From Trypanosoma brucei (taxonomy: Eukaryota), in the NCBI GenBank assembly GCA_000002445.1, contig CP000071.1, forward strand, positions 256,001 to 320,000: a stretch of DNA of 64,000 nt, given 5' to 3'. The position numbers and the translations under genes are program-made. The first letter of the stretch is position 1, and every line of letters starts with the position of its first letter. Of the stretch, positions 35,901 to 46,300 are shown piece after piece. Under the pieces are notes generated by a model, which saw only the letters and a program-made list of their open reading frames with translations, did no database searches and was not told the origin of the DNA.

Positions 35901-38900
35901 ACCGGGGCATTCATCTAAGTGAATCAGTTGCATAGTCCCACGCATAACATACCCACCGCTTTCCCCACGCTCACAATAGTACACATCTGTCAGATCACGG
36001 TTCCGGTATTTGCACTTATCCACATGCAGCGTTGACATAGAGTTGGCTATGACCGTGTCGTACTCACTCAAGATACTGTCAGTACACGCTTCTAAGGTGG
36101 AGATCCTCACCCTCCCACTTTGAATGCCACTGGACTCCACGGTCACACTGCGACCTGCAATAATCGTCGCAGGAGTCATGTAGTGAAAAATATTGAAAGT
36201 AGATGCAGGCAACTTATCATACGCAGAAATACCGACACACACCCTGGCACCCTTCGCCACAGCTGGCGTCTTCACAATGGTAACATCCTTACTGTGTTCG
36301 CCGGAAGCAAAGGGAAAACTGTCATACGAAGCATTCGCCTCTGTGCAGTTAAGCTCTGGGGGGACAATGTAAACGGTGAGATTCGACGCCCCTATATGCA
36401 AGCTACCCCCATCAAGGGTCAAGCGAAGAGGTGTGTGCTTCCGTACGAGTGACACATTAAAGGACGCCGTAAACGGGTTAATCACCTTAAGGGGCTTCTG
36501 ACCAACAGCAACTCCCAAACGCCGCTCATCCTGCTGACACAATGCATATTCGCCTAGTAGAACATCCTCCAAGGGAGTAGTTGGCCCAGTGTAGTAGCGC
36601 TCAGTCGCCTCCTCACAAATCCTTGCATTCAGTGGGACTTTGCAGGAAGCGGCGTTGACACAGCGCACGAGGAACAAAGATGCCTTCTTAAGCAGCGGTC
36701 TTGCCACAAAATTATTCGTTGACCTACGGACAGCGTACAGAGAATCCACAGCAAAATCCTCAGCACTTACCTTCCCTCCGTACAAGTAATACGATTCATT
36801 GGTATCACCCCACCCCACGCAAACATGCAGTTCGCCAGCCTTCTGAACCACAAAAGGTTCTGCACTCCCACTTATGGGGTCAACCCAACCCTCACCGTAC
36901 ACCCTAATGCCACCACCGGGGGCACTTTGGCACGACTCAATGCTCTCGCTCACAAGAAAGCGTGTTGGCTGCAGCGCAGTCAGCGCCTCTCCTCGAAACC
37001 TCATGCTGAGGGGAAGACCAACAACGCCAATAGGTGAATCCGGCACAAGCTCTAGCTGCTGCTGTGACTGAATTAAACCTACATCTTCGTATCCATTCCC
37101 CTTCCACAGGCATACCTTCCATTTCTTCATACCAACAGCTGTGTAGACCACATACGCCGGACCCACTTCAGTAATTCTAATAGCAACGGCAGTACCATCA
37201 TCCACAATTTCGCCACAGTTCACATCACTCGTTTCCTTAAAAAGCACCTTCAGACCTTTGAGGGAGGTCTTATCAGGTACAATAAAATTGACTCGATTGC
37301 TTACGCCAACGAACACGGTCCTGGGGAATACCTCCACATCGGAAACAGCTAACATACCCGATACCCTCACTTTCCAGGCACCCCCATCACTGTCATGGTA
37401 ACCAACACATACGTACACCTTGCCAACTGTGTTGCGCATCACCGTCACGGACGCCTCCCCTTCAGCCGTTGCATTTACCTCAGAAATGGATGGTGTGCAG
37501 CTCTCACTTTCACTGAACACTATGGGCGCCTCAGGCGGTACGGCGGACACCTTGACGGGTGTACTGACACCTTTTACAATGGAAGCCGGCGACAACTCCG
37601 CAGGACCGTATACCATGACATTCCCAACGTTCGAATAGGGGCGATTCACAGGATGTTCCGTGCCCGGTGTCTTCACACACAGCACATGTCTACCCGCAGT
37701 AGAAAACGCAACGCCGTACAGGGCAGTTGCATTCATGGAGTATGTCTCCCCGACTGGTGTAAGGCAATTATCCAGGGAGAAATACCCGGTTGTTCCTGCC
37801 TTGAGAGTCACGTTGGCATCAAGATGAATCGTCTCAGCCACACCCACGAAAAGGGTCCGGTGTTTCAGTTTGTATCGCCGCGTCGCAATATTCTTCACAG
37901 GGTAGGTATATCCCTCGTCAGGTTCCTCGTCCGCTTGTAGGTCGACAGATGAGGGAGTCGCGACACACAAAGTCATGTTCGGGAGTGCGTCCTCAGGAAC
38001 TCGAAACGTGACAGAACTTGCGCCAACTCTCACATCACCTTTTGAGTTGAGTTCCTCACACTCCGGGGTTACCGATAAACCAACCGTTATCACACCACTC
38101 CGCCCCGCATTGTGGCCGCTCAACAAAACCGTCAAATCAAGTCCACTGATCACGTTGGCTTCATCAAATGATACCGTCGGTGGCGGCAGAACTGTCACAA
38201 CAGCCGCACGCGCCTTGGGGTATGCAGTCGTGCTCCCCTCAAGACACGCGTAGTACGTACCTGAAACAGGTAAGGCAACTGCACCCCCATCCGAACGCGA
38301 GCGACGCTTCTTTACTGGGGGGCCCCGATATTGGATTCCTGATGGACCATCCACACGCACAGCCCCTGTACAGTTGGAATACATGTAGAAATCAAGCACC
38401 AACTTCACATCGTTAGCAGCTGCAGTCGCTGCATCCATTGTATACTTAATGCGAGTCCCGTACCCACTGTATAGGGTCCGTGGCTGAACGCCGTACTCCC
38501 GAACAGTTACCTTGTTCTCAGATGGTGAATATAACCTGCCACCCTTGTGGTAGGGCCAACCATTACACAGAAAATAGTCACCTTTAGGCACAGAAACCTC
38601 CATATTAACAACCTGCAACGTTTCCCCACCCACGGGGTCCTGAAGGATCGGATCACATAGGGGTGACTGAGAAAAAGTTGCCCACACGAGGTTGCCTACA
38701 GCCTCCAAGCGAAATGTTTCGTTCGTGTGCCGAAGTGCATCAGTGTTGTTCGTGTCATAACGTGGCACAGCAAGTAACACAGAGGCAGGAACGACGAAAG
38801 TTTTGCCATCACTCGTGGGTACCTTAGCACAAAGATAAATTACGCTTTGGACACTCCGTGTCACTCTCACCTCCCGGTTAGAACCCAGTTCGGCAGGTGG

Positions 38901-39485
38901 CAGACCTTGAATCATGCTCACGTCGTCACAGTTTTCATTGCGGTGAAATGTAATGAAGGTTCCAACAGGCACTGCGTCGCCGAATCGAATAGTGTTGTCA
39001 ACATCACGTTTCAAATAGCGTGGTATGGCTTCAACAAGGCTCAGCTGCACAGACAAAGAAAGGGAGGGAAACGCATCACCAGCACATATATACACTTCAC
39101 GTACTTTCGTATCGTACCACGGGTCAATGCCCACATCATTGCTCGTAACCGTGAAATTACATGGCGCATTCTTGGATATTTTGCACTTGGAGCCAATGAT
39201 CTGTGTATTGTCACATGTACTCATACGCGAAACGAAAATATCTGCTTTGATACTCTGGTCCGTCGTTTCCACACTGAACGGTACGTTCACCAGCGGTTTG
39301 TTAGGTCGTAACACAAGTGATGCAGCTCCACTGCTGCATAAAAACGTTGACGACACGATGCACAGAACTGAAGCCCAAAAAGTAAAGGGCACCTTACAGC
39401 AATGTCGGTAACGTGGAGATAGAGAGGAAGCATGGCTGGTACCTGTGCCACAGTGGGTTGAGTCCCTTCTTAGAAACATTTGCAT
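32901..39485 (-). CDS. Giant type I membrane glycoprotein with a modular cysteine-rich ectodomain, one TM helix and a ~340-aa cytoplasmic tail (array copy 1, ~2194 aa)
   Basis: An uninterrupted 6.6-kb ORF. The first ATG is at 39485 (the track TTG start is at 39494). A hydrophobic signal segment (FTFWASVLCIVSSTFLCSSGAAS) follows a ~30-aa N-region. The ectodomain has more than 40 Cys and many NxS/T sites. The TM segment GAVIAIIVAAVLLFLLLLLLAVCFL is encoded at about 33940..34030, followed by a basic stop-transfer (RRCCSKEKEE). Confidence 0.8.
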   Translation of the reverse strand: MQMFLRRDSTHCGTGTSHASSLSPRYRHCCKVPFTFWASVLCIVSSTFLCSSGAASLVLRPNKPLVNVPFSVETTDQSIKADIFVSRMSTCDNTQIIGSKCKISKNAPCNFTVTSNDVGIDPWYDTKVREVYICAGDAFPSLSLSVQLSLVEAIPRYLKRDVDNTIRFGDAVPVGTFITFHRNENCDDVSMIQGLPPAELGSNREVRVTRSVQSVIYLCAKVPTSDGKTFVVPASVLLAVPRYDTNNTDALRHTNETFRLEAVGNLVWATFSQSPLCDPILQDPVGGETLQVVNMEVSVPKGDYFLCNGWPYHKGGRLYSPSENKVTVREYGVQPRTLYSGYGTRIKYTMDAATAAANDVKLVLDFYMYSNCTGAVRVDGPSGIQYRGPPVKKRRSRSDGGAVALPVSGTYYACLEGSTTAYPKARAAVVTVLPPPTVSFDEANVISGLDLTVLLSGHNAGRSGVITVGLSVTPECEELNSKGDVRVGASSVTFRVPEDALPNMTLCVATPSSVDLQADEEPDEGYTYPVKNIATRRYKLKHRTLFVGVAETIHLDANVTLKAGTTGYFSLDNCLTPVGETYSMNATALYGVAFSTAGRHVLCVKTPGTEHPVNRPYSNVGNVMVYGPAELSPASIVKGVSTPVKVSAVPPEAPIVFSESESCTPSISEVNATAEGEASVTVMRNTVGKVYVCVGYHDSDGGAWKVRVSGMLAVSDVEVFPRTVFVGVSNRVNFIVPDKTSLKGLKVLFKETSDVNCGEIVDDGTAVAIRITEVGPAYVVYTAVGMKKWKVCLWKGNGYEDVGLIQSQQQLELVPDSPIGVVGLPLSMRFRGEALTALQPTRFLVSESIESCQSAPGGGIRVYGEGWVDPISGSAEPFVVQKAGELHVCVGWGDTNESYYLYGGKVSAEDFAVDSLYAVRRSTNNFVARPLLKKASLFLVRCVNAASCKVPLNARICEEATERYYTGPTTPLEDVLLGEYALCQQDERRLGVAVGQKPLKVINPFTASFNVSLVRKHTPLRLTLDGGSLHIGASNLTVYIVPPELNCTEANASYDSFPFASGEHSKDVTIVKTPAVAKGARVCVGISAYDKLPASTFNIFHYMTPATIIAGRSVTVESSGIQSGRVRISTLEACTDSILSEYDTVIANSMSTLHVDKCKYRNRDLTDVYYCERGESGGYVMRGTMQLIHLDECPGGKQPAVRPVTALPAKQVTDYGIDKAILTSPFLSTRSDCNGVLSQSRATMTPRYNRNLTFYVCTHTIRDPGYVFTTDGPTLSVENFRVVNPSIHGRVDSDSEVLGPANLVMNYATRTPDTYLSDCAVCGEKIVAAPGLAETPVEEAVTLIGISGVKCVCVLGEQPTSPPIPVAEVLIITPPIVKKIDPAAVPTARFHAKLQTPVVSGAKPLYSLVPGEDAENPLAYLHNSDFRGVYLSENACATTLTGNSVGYVRPSGSVVLGPTFIPGRLPSVSLCVGTPAGNLSVVSEVEVSTDIIFPSSFVLGTEAEVYIPLSPNSAFRLRRDASCGGEDVVPFFTTDEEARGNISFKNVNAAGLPSAGVWTLCQEVFDGSATRPKIVKISANGIAARVASAKQLLPIAQIETFDPTYYNIRGRDVLLGVPGVLYLMDDLYAESLLPGFSTDRSCLRRNESHGSWALVGDDDAASARRVSVTAQNGTDSIYFCATTPVNRSVVSVPLSSSLRFIPPVSVFPSIVEPCKVTPLESCRAPDSSHRQTVVRVIKGDCCNPTDKGVTVGEASEGSDGKCKLRMNHNKIRDYPAGTEFSVCAWDLTDNTYCVTLGNVKASGDICGGSAWGPLGMGAVIAIIVAAVLLFLLLLLLAVCFLRRCCSKEKEERQLVVADKMQLDNLDMSCISGTSPDPEYLESGNNPLLLGFYSGDGSPNTNTTARTMIDGMTSGVDDFAWGGDFPGRADWTSVEEQECDDRDQIALQEARDRYNMALVFTDGIERIRVDAKELELQFDYSGEFSMYEGPTGRGVNVNPIPVTVPADHPDLLNAIYMRRASQRRRLQSQTREEIEVSVHDTMSEMSTDVHDTSRLTSYDMMSYTTTQHFYEESTFMLESEAGRRMRLVNWEEEEWQAIVDAEFSDYVRLQQAMRSIPLPLPQAVVLPFNSTATRGRDTINYSGHTHVDGEGVTVLPVYDTPPFHNPHAASVDEAQAYPNHDEESNVSLSCDSSHN

Positions 39486-41521
39486 AAATACCAAACGCTA
39501 CAACAACCTTCTCAGTACTCGCTTATTCCCTTTCTCTCAACGTGTATGCCTTTATGCTCTTGCAGAAAACTATTTACGGTGTGCGTATTCGCCAACCCGC
39601 GTAAACCTAAGACGATTGTGCACAGACTCCTCTGTCTCTGTCTCTCACACTAGTTCCTTACCACGCGACCCGTTTAAGAGGGAAGTGGCTAAACTATGTA
39701 AGGTGCTTATGGAATTACTACGGTACTGACCTTCACTTATCTTCGTGTACTCCGTTTAACTTTCAATTGCCCCTCCGCAGTGATGAACTCTTTTGTTTGA
39801 TTTCTTCTATGGTTGCTTCTATCCTCAGTTACTATGAAGATACAGCTGTATCTATTACCTCCGTTACTCGACAAAAATGTTTCCCCGGTGAAAAAGGGAT
39901 GTGCCTCTATGGATATACAAATGTATGAGTCCACAAATGTATGGATATGCAGGTGTAGAAAATATGCGACCCTACACGTACAGCTTTTCTATGTAACGTC
40001 CTGTTGAAATGGTCCTCGTTTACTCTTATTTGTGCTTTCTCGTATCGTTGTCGATCTCCTTCCCGTTCCACAACAGACTTTTCTCGCAATATCGCTCGCC
40101 TGTGTATCGGTAAATCAATTCACAAAACACCTTTATGGTAGGAACGGTATATCAAACTGATGAATATTTAGTGTGCGAAGCTTGAGGCTACGCTACTGAT
40201 CAATGCGGACAACACGTCGGGCAGAAAACTACAGAAACTAAAACAAAAGGGCTAAAAATGCGGTAAAAAAATCTATAAACCTATGTAAATGATGGTAGCG
40301 ATATATTGTCAGAGCTGCTTCGCGAAACAGAAATGGCAACTGAATGGCTAACTAAAAAAAACAAAAAAGATCTAGCAGTAATATCGCGCTGCTTCTGCAC
40401 AACGTCTAAAGTGTGATGCACGGAAAGGAAGTAGTTTTTCAAGAGAAGTGCACACAAAATGGTAAGCACATGGGTGAGGAATGCGCTCCATAGACATCAA
40501 TGAATAAACCCCGCGCACACAAGCAAGTGAAACGACATATCAAAAGAAGTTACAATGCAACACTTAAAGAGTACAACATGTGCTGGTGAAGTAACAAAAC
40601 CCACACATTCACTTTTTAAAAATGGTCAAAAGATATAATGCCCCTGAATTTATTAAGAAGAGGTGGGCATCAGGGTAGCACAGGCGGATACAACTCCAGG
40701 CCAAGAGGGCAACAAAGACATATGAACTGCAAGTGCAAACAATTACTATAATGTTTTACATTTAGCAACCGACACACTATAAATGACCACAAGGGACTTT
40801 AACATGTCCCCGATAGATCCACCCACAATCGCTAAACGAAGTAATTCAAGCGAGCACATAAACTCACGGCAACATTCCAAGCGTAGCAAACACAATGTAG
40901 TGGAGAGCAGACGTACAGCACCTGGAAGGCGCCATCTCAAACTCGGTACTCACTAATACATACCACACAGCTGCACAGTTCAGTCATATAATGAACATTA
41001 AACGGTTATATATATAATAACTGCTACAATAAGGAAAAAAAGGGAGGGGGGAAAGGGAAGCAATTATGAAGTCAAGACTAAATTAATACTTTACATACAC
41101 AGCAGAGAATTGCACAATCTGTAAAGCGCTCACACATGTAAGTATACACAAGAAGGAGTAAACACTAAAATGAAAACACGGATGAAAATAATGAAGAAAC
41201 GCTAACGCACCTGCTCACCAACACAACATAGCAGTCTACATTGCTGTATATGTGATGTGCATAAAATGTCGAGAAACTAGGAACAAACACTAAATAAAGG
41301 TACCAGAATAGCCATGCCGATACTTTAAAAGAAAAAAAGAATTTATAAAAAAATATATTAGGATCATGATTAGCATATAAAAGTGAAAACGCTATTGAAA
41401 ACAATGGCAACGATAAAACCATAACGAGAAGCCTTAAGTAACACCCAACAATGACACGTTTGCGTGTATGTAATCCCTCACGCTAATCCTTGGCTGCTAC
41501 ACCGAAACGGTACTACTTGGA

Positions 41522-42934
41522 CTACAAAAGACCAACTAATGTGAAAGTAAGGGAAAATAATAATAAGCGTAAATTGTGGTTCTTATTGCTTGCTGCACTT
41601 CCCATTGAAGACAAACGACCTTCACCAAACTCGATCAGAGAAGCAACTCCAGCCACCTCCATCGTTTTATTCAGTTTGACCTCTTTTCTCCGCACGGCAA
41701 TGCTGGCAATAGTAATCAGCTGTGTGGATGTATTCAGATCTTCAAGCATATGAGAGACCACACGTGTGTCACTCTCCAGTCGCTCCGAGAGATTTGGAAA
41801 GTTGTCCATAAGTTTCTTCCTCATATCATCCAGAGATTTGGGTGTCACCACCCAAGCTGTTCCCCCGCACACCTCAGCAGCCTTCTTTGCTTTCTCATCT
41901 GCAGCATTTCCAGCTATCTTCCTTAGCGTATTTTCCATGAGTGGTAGGTAATGAGCCCTTATACTTTTGAGATTCCTTGCATACCTGCTTACCTTCTTAA
42001 ACACATTCTGTGCTTTACTTACTGCTTTCGCAACCTCAGCAACGGCCCGCTTCACCTGATCCATGTGTCCCCCCGGACGCTTTGCATCCGCTTGGCTCCG
42101 TTCCTCCACTTTAGAAACCATTGCAGAACGGCTCACAGCTTGCTCCGTGAATGCGTCCACTGCACCTTTTAGGCCTCTGTACTGCTCAACCATCAAACAC
42201 ACTGCTTGTGTCTGATTCAGAGTAAGATTGTACTTTCTGGTGATAGAGGCCTTTGTTCCCTCGACCAGTTCCTTCACCGTAGACTCACCTTTGAGCGCCA
42301 CCGACCTCCAAGTAACGACATTGTAGAGCACAAACTCCAGCTTCCACAGCTCCCCGGAACTTTCCCGGGTGTCATCCTCCAAACCTTCCGAAGCACCCTC
42401 AGGTAACGTACTAAACAACTCCAACAGCGTACCGTTAAGGGAATCGGAAGACACGCTTTCAGCAGCTCCCTTGCATTTTTCAGCCGCGCTCCTGACTCTC
42501 CAATTGGAATTGTGTCCTGCCACCTCCTTCAACATGCGCTCTAACGCTGCTACACGATTGCTCCTGATCTCTTCAATATTCTCCGCCCTAAACTCAGTCT
42601 CAATGGATGCGGTTTCAGCTTTCTTGGCGGCCTCAGTAACGTTGGAAGCAACACGCTTCGCACGCTCGACGGGATCGGTGGCATTTCTGTTCTCCCACAA
42701 GACATCCTCAGCCAAAGTTACATATTCATCACTCCGAGTCTTGGCATTCGATATCTTCAATGATTCGGTAGTTATCCAATATTTTAGGTCACGGACGGCA
42801 TCTTTCAGTCCCCTGAACTGCTTCAGAGCATTACACAATGTAACAGTTTGCTCAAGTGTAAGATTATTGTTCTTACCAACAGCAAATGGCATGCACAGGA
42901 GTACAACTGCTGTGAAACAGGTGAATCGTGTCAT
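41522..42934 (-). CDS. Ala/Lys-rich GPI-anchor-type surface protein, array copy 2 (2 aa differences from copy 1: I->V, E->G)
   Basis: Identical to copy 1 except for two substitutions, at a 10,427-bp offset. Confidence 0.8.
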   Translation of the reverse strand: MTRFTCFTAVVLLCMPFAVGKNNNLTLEQTVTLCNALKQFRGLKDAVRDLKYWITTESLKISNAKTRSDEYVTLAEDVLWENRNATDPVERAKRVASNVTEAAKKAETASIETEFRAENIEEIRSNRVAALERMLKEVAGHNSNWRVRSAAEKCKGAAESVSSDSLNGTLLELFSTLPEGASEGLEDDTRESSGELWKLEFVLYNVVTWRSVALKGESTVKELVEGTKASITRKYNLTLNQTQAVCLMVEQYRGLKGAVDAFTEQAVSRSAMVSKVEERSQADAKRPGGHMDQVKRAVAEVAKAVSKAQNVFKKVSRYARNLKSIRAHYLPLMENTLRKIAGNAADEKAKKAAEVCGGTAWVVTPKSLDDMRKKLMDNFPNLSERLESDTRVVSHMLEDLNTSTQLITIASIAVRRKEVKLNKTMEVAGVASLIEFGEGRLSSMGSAASNKNHNLRLLLFSLTFTLVGLL

Positions 42935-43327
42935 TTGGCTCAACTCTCTCTTGGATGTGGAAATCTTGGAATGATGTTTCGTCTACAAAATGGTAAGGAA
43001 AGATAGCAACAAAAGTTGATACTATGCATGAAATGACACGGAGAAAAGGAGACCAACTGGAAGCCATAATTAGTCACTTATGCACAAGGCACAACATCTT
43101 TACGGAAAACACAACTAAAGTCGTTGACATACATGGACTACACAACACAGAAGCAGTGATGTATATGACAGTATGCCTCAGTCACACTTCCATATGTGCA
43201 TGCACGCTCATAAGCATTGCCAACTTTCTTGTTGTTCGTATCTTATCCATTCATAAAACATCCCCAACAGAGTGGCATCCATTGACAGCATGCGGTAATA
43301 AGTGCCTCCAGCAGCTGTCAGACAAGA

Positions 43328-46300
43328 TTAGTTGTGCGACGAATCACATGAGAGAGAAACATTGCTTTCCTCATCGTGATTGGGATACGCCTGCGCTTCG
43401 TCGACGGATGCCGCATGCGGATTATGAAAAGGTGGTGTGTCGTATACAGGCAGCACAGTGACTCCTTCACCGTCAACATGGGTGTGCCCGCTGTAATTTA
43501 TAGTGTCTCTGCCACGAGTCGCAGTTGAGTTGAAGGGAAGCACAACGGCTTGGGGTAGTGGTAGAGGAATCGAGCGCATGGCCTGCTGCAAACGGACATA
43601 ATCACTAAACTCGGCATCAACTATCGCCTGCCACTCCTCTTCCTCCCAGTTCACGAGCCGCATACGCCGCCCAGCCTCGCTTTCAAGCATAAACGTCGAC
43701 TCCTCGTAGAAGTGCTGTGTAGTGGTGTAACTCATCATGTCATAACTCGTGAGCCGCGACGTATCATGAACGTCCGTCGACATCTCTGACATGGTATCAT
43801 GAACGGAAACCTCGATTTCCTCACGTGTTTGCGATTGCAAGCGCCGACGCTGTGAGGCACGCCTCATATAAATGGCATTCAGCAGGTCCGGGTGATCTGC
43901 CGGTACAGTCACAGGTATTGGATTGACATTCACACCCCTGCCAGTCGGACCCTCATACATGCTGAATTCTCCACTGTAGTCAAATTGTAGTTCCAGTTCC
44001 TTTGCATCCACGCGGATACGCTCAATACCGTCTGTAAAGACAAGCGCCATGTTGTAGCGGTCCCTCGCCTCCTGTAATGCGATCTGATCACGATCATCAC
44101 ACTCTTGCTCCTCGACAGAAGTCCAGTCCGCCCTCCCAGGAAAGTCACCGCCCCACGCAAAGTCGTCAACACCCGATGTCATGCCATCGATCATCGTCCT
44201 CGCGGTGGTATTGGTATTGGGGGAACCATCACCAGAGTAGAACCCCAGAAGCAGTGGGTTGTTACCGCTTTCCAAATATTCGGGGTCGGGAGATGTTCCA
44301 CTGATACAAGACATGTCGAGATTGTCCAGCTGCATCTTATCTGCAACGACAAGTTGTCGCTCCTCCTTCTCCTTAGAGCAGCATCGTCGCAAAAAGCACA
44401 CGGCAAGCAACAACAGCAGCAGAAACAGCAACACAGCTGCCACAATAATGGCAATCACCGCCCCCATTCCCAATGGACCCCAAGCAGACCCACCACATAT
44501 ATCCCCACTTGCCTTCACATTACCCAAAGTAACGCAGTAGGTATTGTCTGTGAGGTCCCATGCGCAAACACTGAACTCCGTGCCCGCGGGGTAGTCTCTA
44601 ATTTTGTTGTGGTTCATCCTCAACTTACACTTGCCATCTGAGCCCTCACTGGCTTCCCCGACGGTGACGCCCTTGTCAGTGGGGTTGCAGCAGTCACCCT
44701 TGATCACACGCACAACCGTCTGGCGGTGGGAAGAGTCCGGTGCACGGCACGACTCGAGTGGTGTCACCTTACAAGGTTCCACTATCGAAGGAAATACACT
44801 GACGGGTGGAATGAAGCGGAGGCTAGAGCTCAAAGGGACACTGACGACTGAACGGTTGACAGGAGTGGTAGCGCAGAAATATATCGAGTCCGTACCATTT
44901 TGCGCGGTAACAGAAACACGGCGGGCGCTTGCCGCGTCATCATCACCCACCAGTGCCCAACTTCCATGTGATTCATTTCGACGCAGGCAACTTCTGTCTG
45001 TGCTAAAACCGGGAAGCAAGCTCTCAGCATACAGGTCGTCCATCAAGTACAGAACGCCAGGAACACCAAGAAGGACGTCTCTCCCACGAATATTGTAATA
45101 CGTAGGGTCAAATGTCTCAATCTGCGCAATCGGGAGGAGCTGCTTTGCCGAAGCAACACGTGCTGCTATCCCATTAGCGCTTATTTTCACAATTTTGGGA
45201 CGCGTCGCACTGCCGTCAAAAACCTCCTGGCAGAGCGTCCACACACCCGCGGATGGTAACCCGGCCGCATTCACGTTCTTGAACGATATATTACCACGCG
45301 CCTCCTCGTCAGTCGTAAAGAATGGCACCACGTCCTCACCACCACAGGAAGCATCTCGCCGCAGACGAAATGCTGAGTTTGGCGACAGAGGAATGTACAC
45401 CTCTGCCTCCGTCCCCAGAACAAATGACGACGGAAAGATGATATCAGTAGAAACCTCCACTTCCGATACAACACTGAGGTTCCCGGCGGGGGTCCCAACG
45501 CACAACGACACGGAAGGCAACCTCCCTGGAATGAAGGTCGGACCCAGTACAACGCTGCCGCTCGGCCGCACGTAACCCACAGAGTTCCCCGTCAGAGTGG
45601 TTGCGCACGCATTTTCGGAGAGATATACGCCACGAAAGTCGGAGTTGTGTAGATACGCAAGTGGGTTCTCTGCGTCTTCCCCGGGCACTAACGAGTACAA
45701 TGGCTTTGCTCCAGAGACCACAGGTGTCTGCAGTTTTGCGTGAAACCGAGCAGTGGGAACCGCCGCAGGATCGATCTTCTTCACGATGGGCGGAGTTATG
45801 ATGAGAACCTCCGCTACTGGTATTGGAGGCGAGGTGGGTTGTTCCCCCAATACACATACACATTTCACGCCTGAGATACCTATTAGCGTAACCGCCTCCT
45901 CAACTGGGGTCTCTGCAAGACCGGGGGCCGCCACAATCTTCTCGCCACACACCGCGCAATCGCTTAGGTACGTGTCCGGTGTTCGGGTAGCGTAGTTCAT
46001 CACTAAGTTCGCAGGCCCTAGCACCTCGCTGTCGCTATCCACACGTCCATGAATGCTAGGGTTCACAACACGGAAGTTTTCCACTGAAAGCGTCGGGCCA
46101 TCTGTTGTGAAGACATACCCAGGATCCCTTATTGTGTGTGTACACACATAAAACGTAAGATTCCGATTGTACCGTGGCGTCATTGTGGCTCTGCTCTGAC
46201 TAAGTACTCCATTGCAGTCACTCCTTGTGGAAAGAAAGGGACTGGTAAGGATCGCCTTGTCAATGCCATAGTCGGTTACTTGTTTCGCTGGAAGCGCCGT

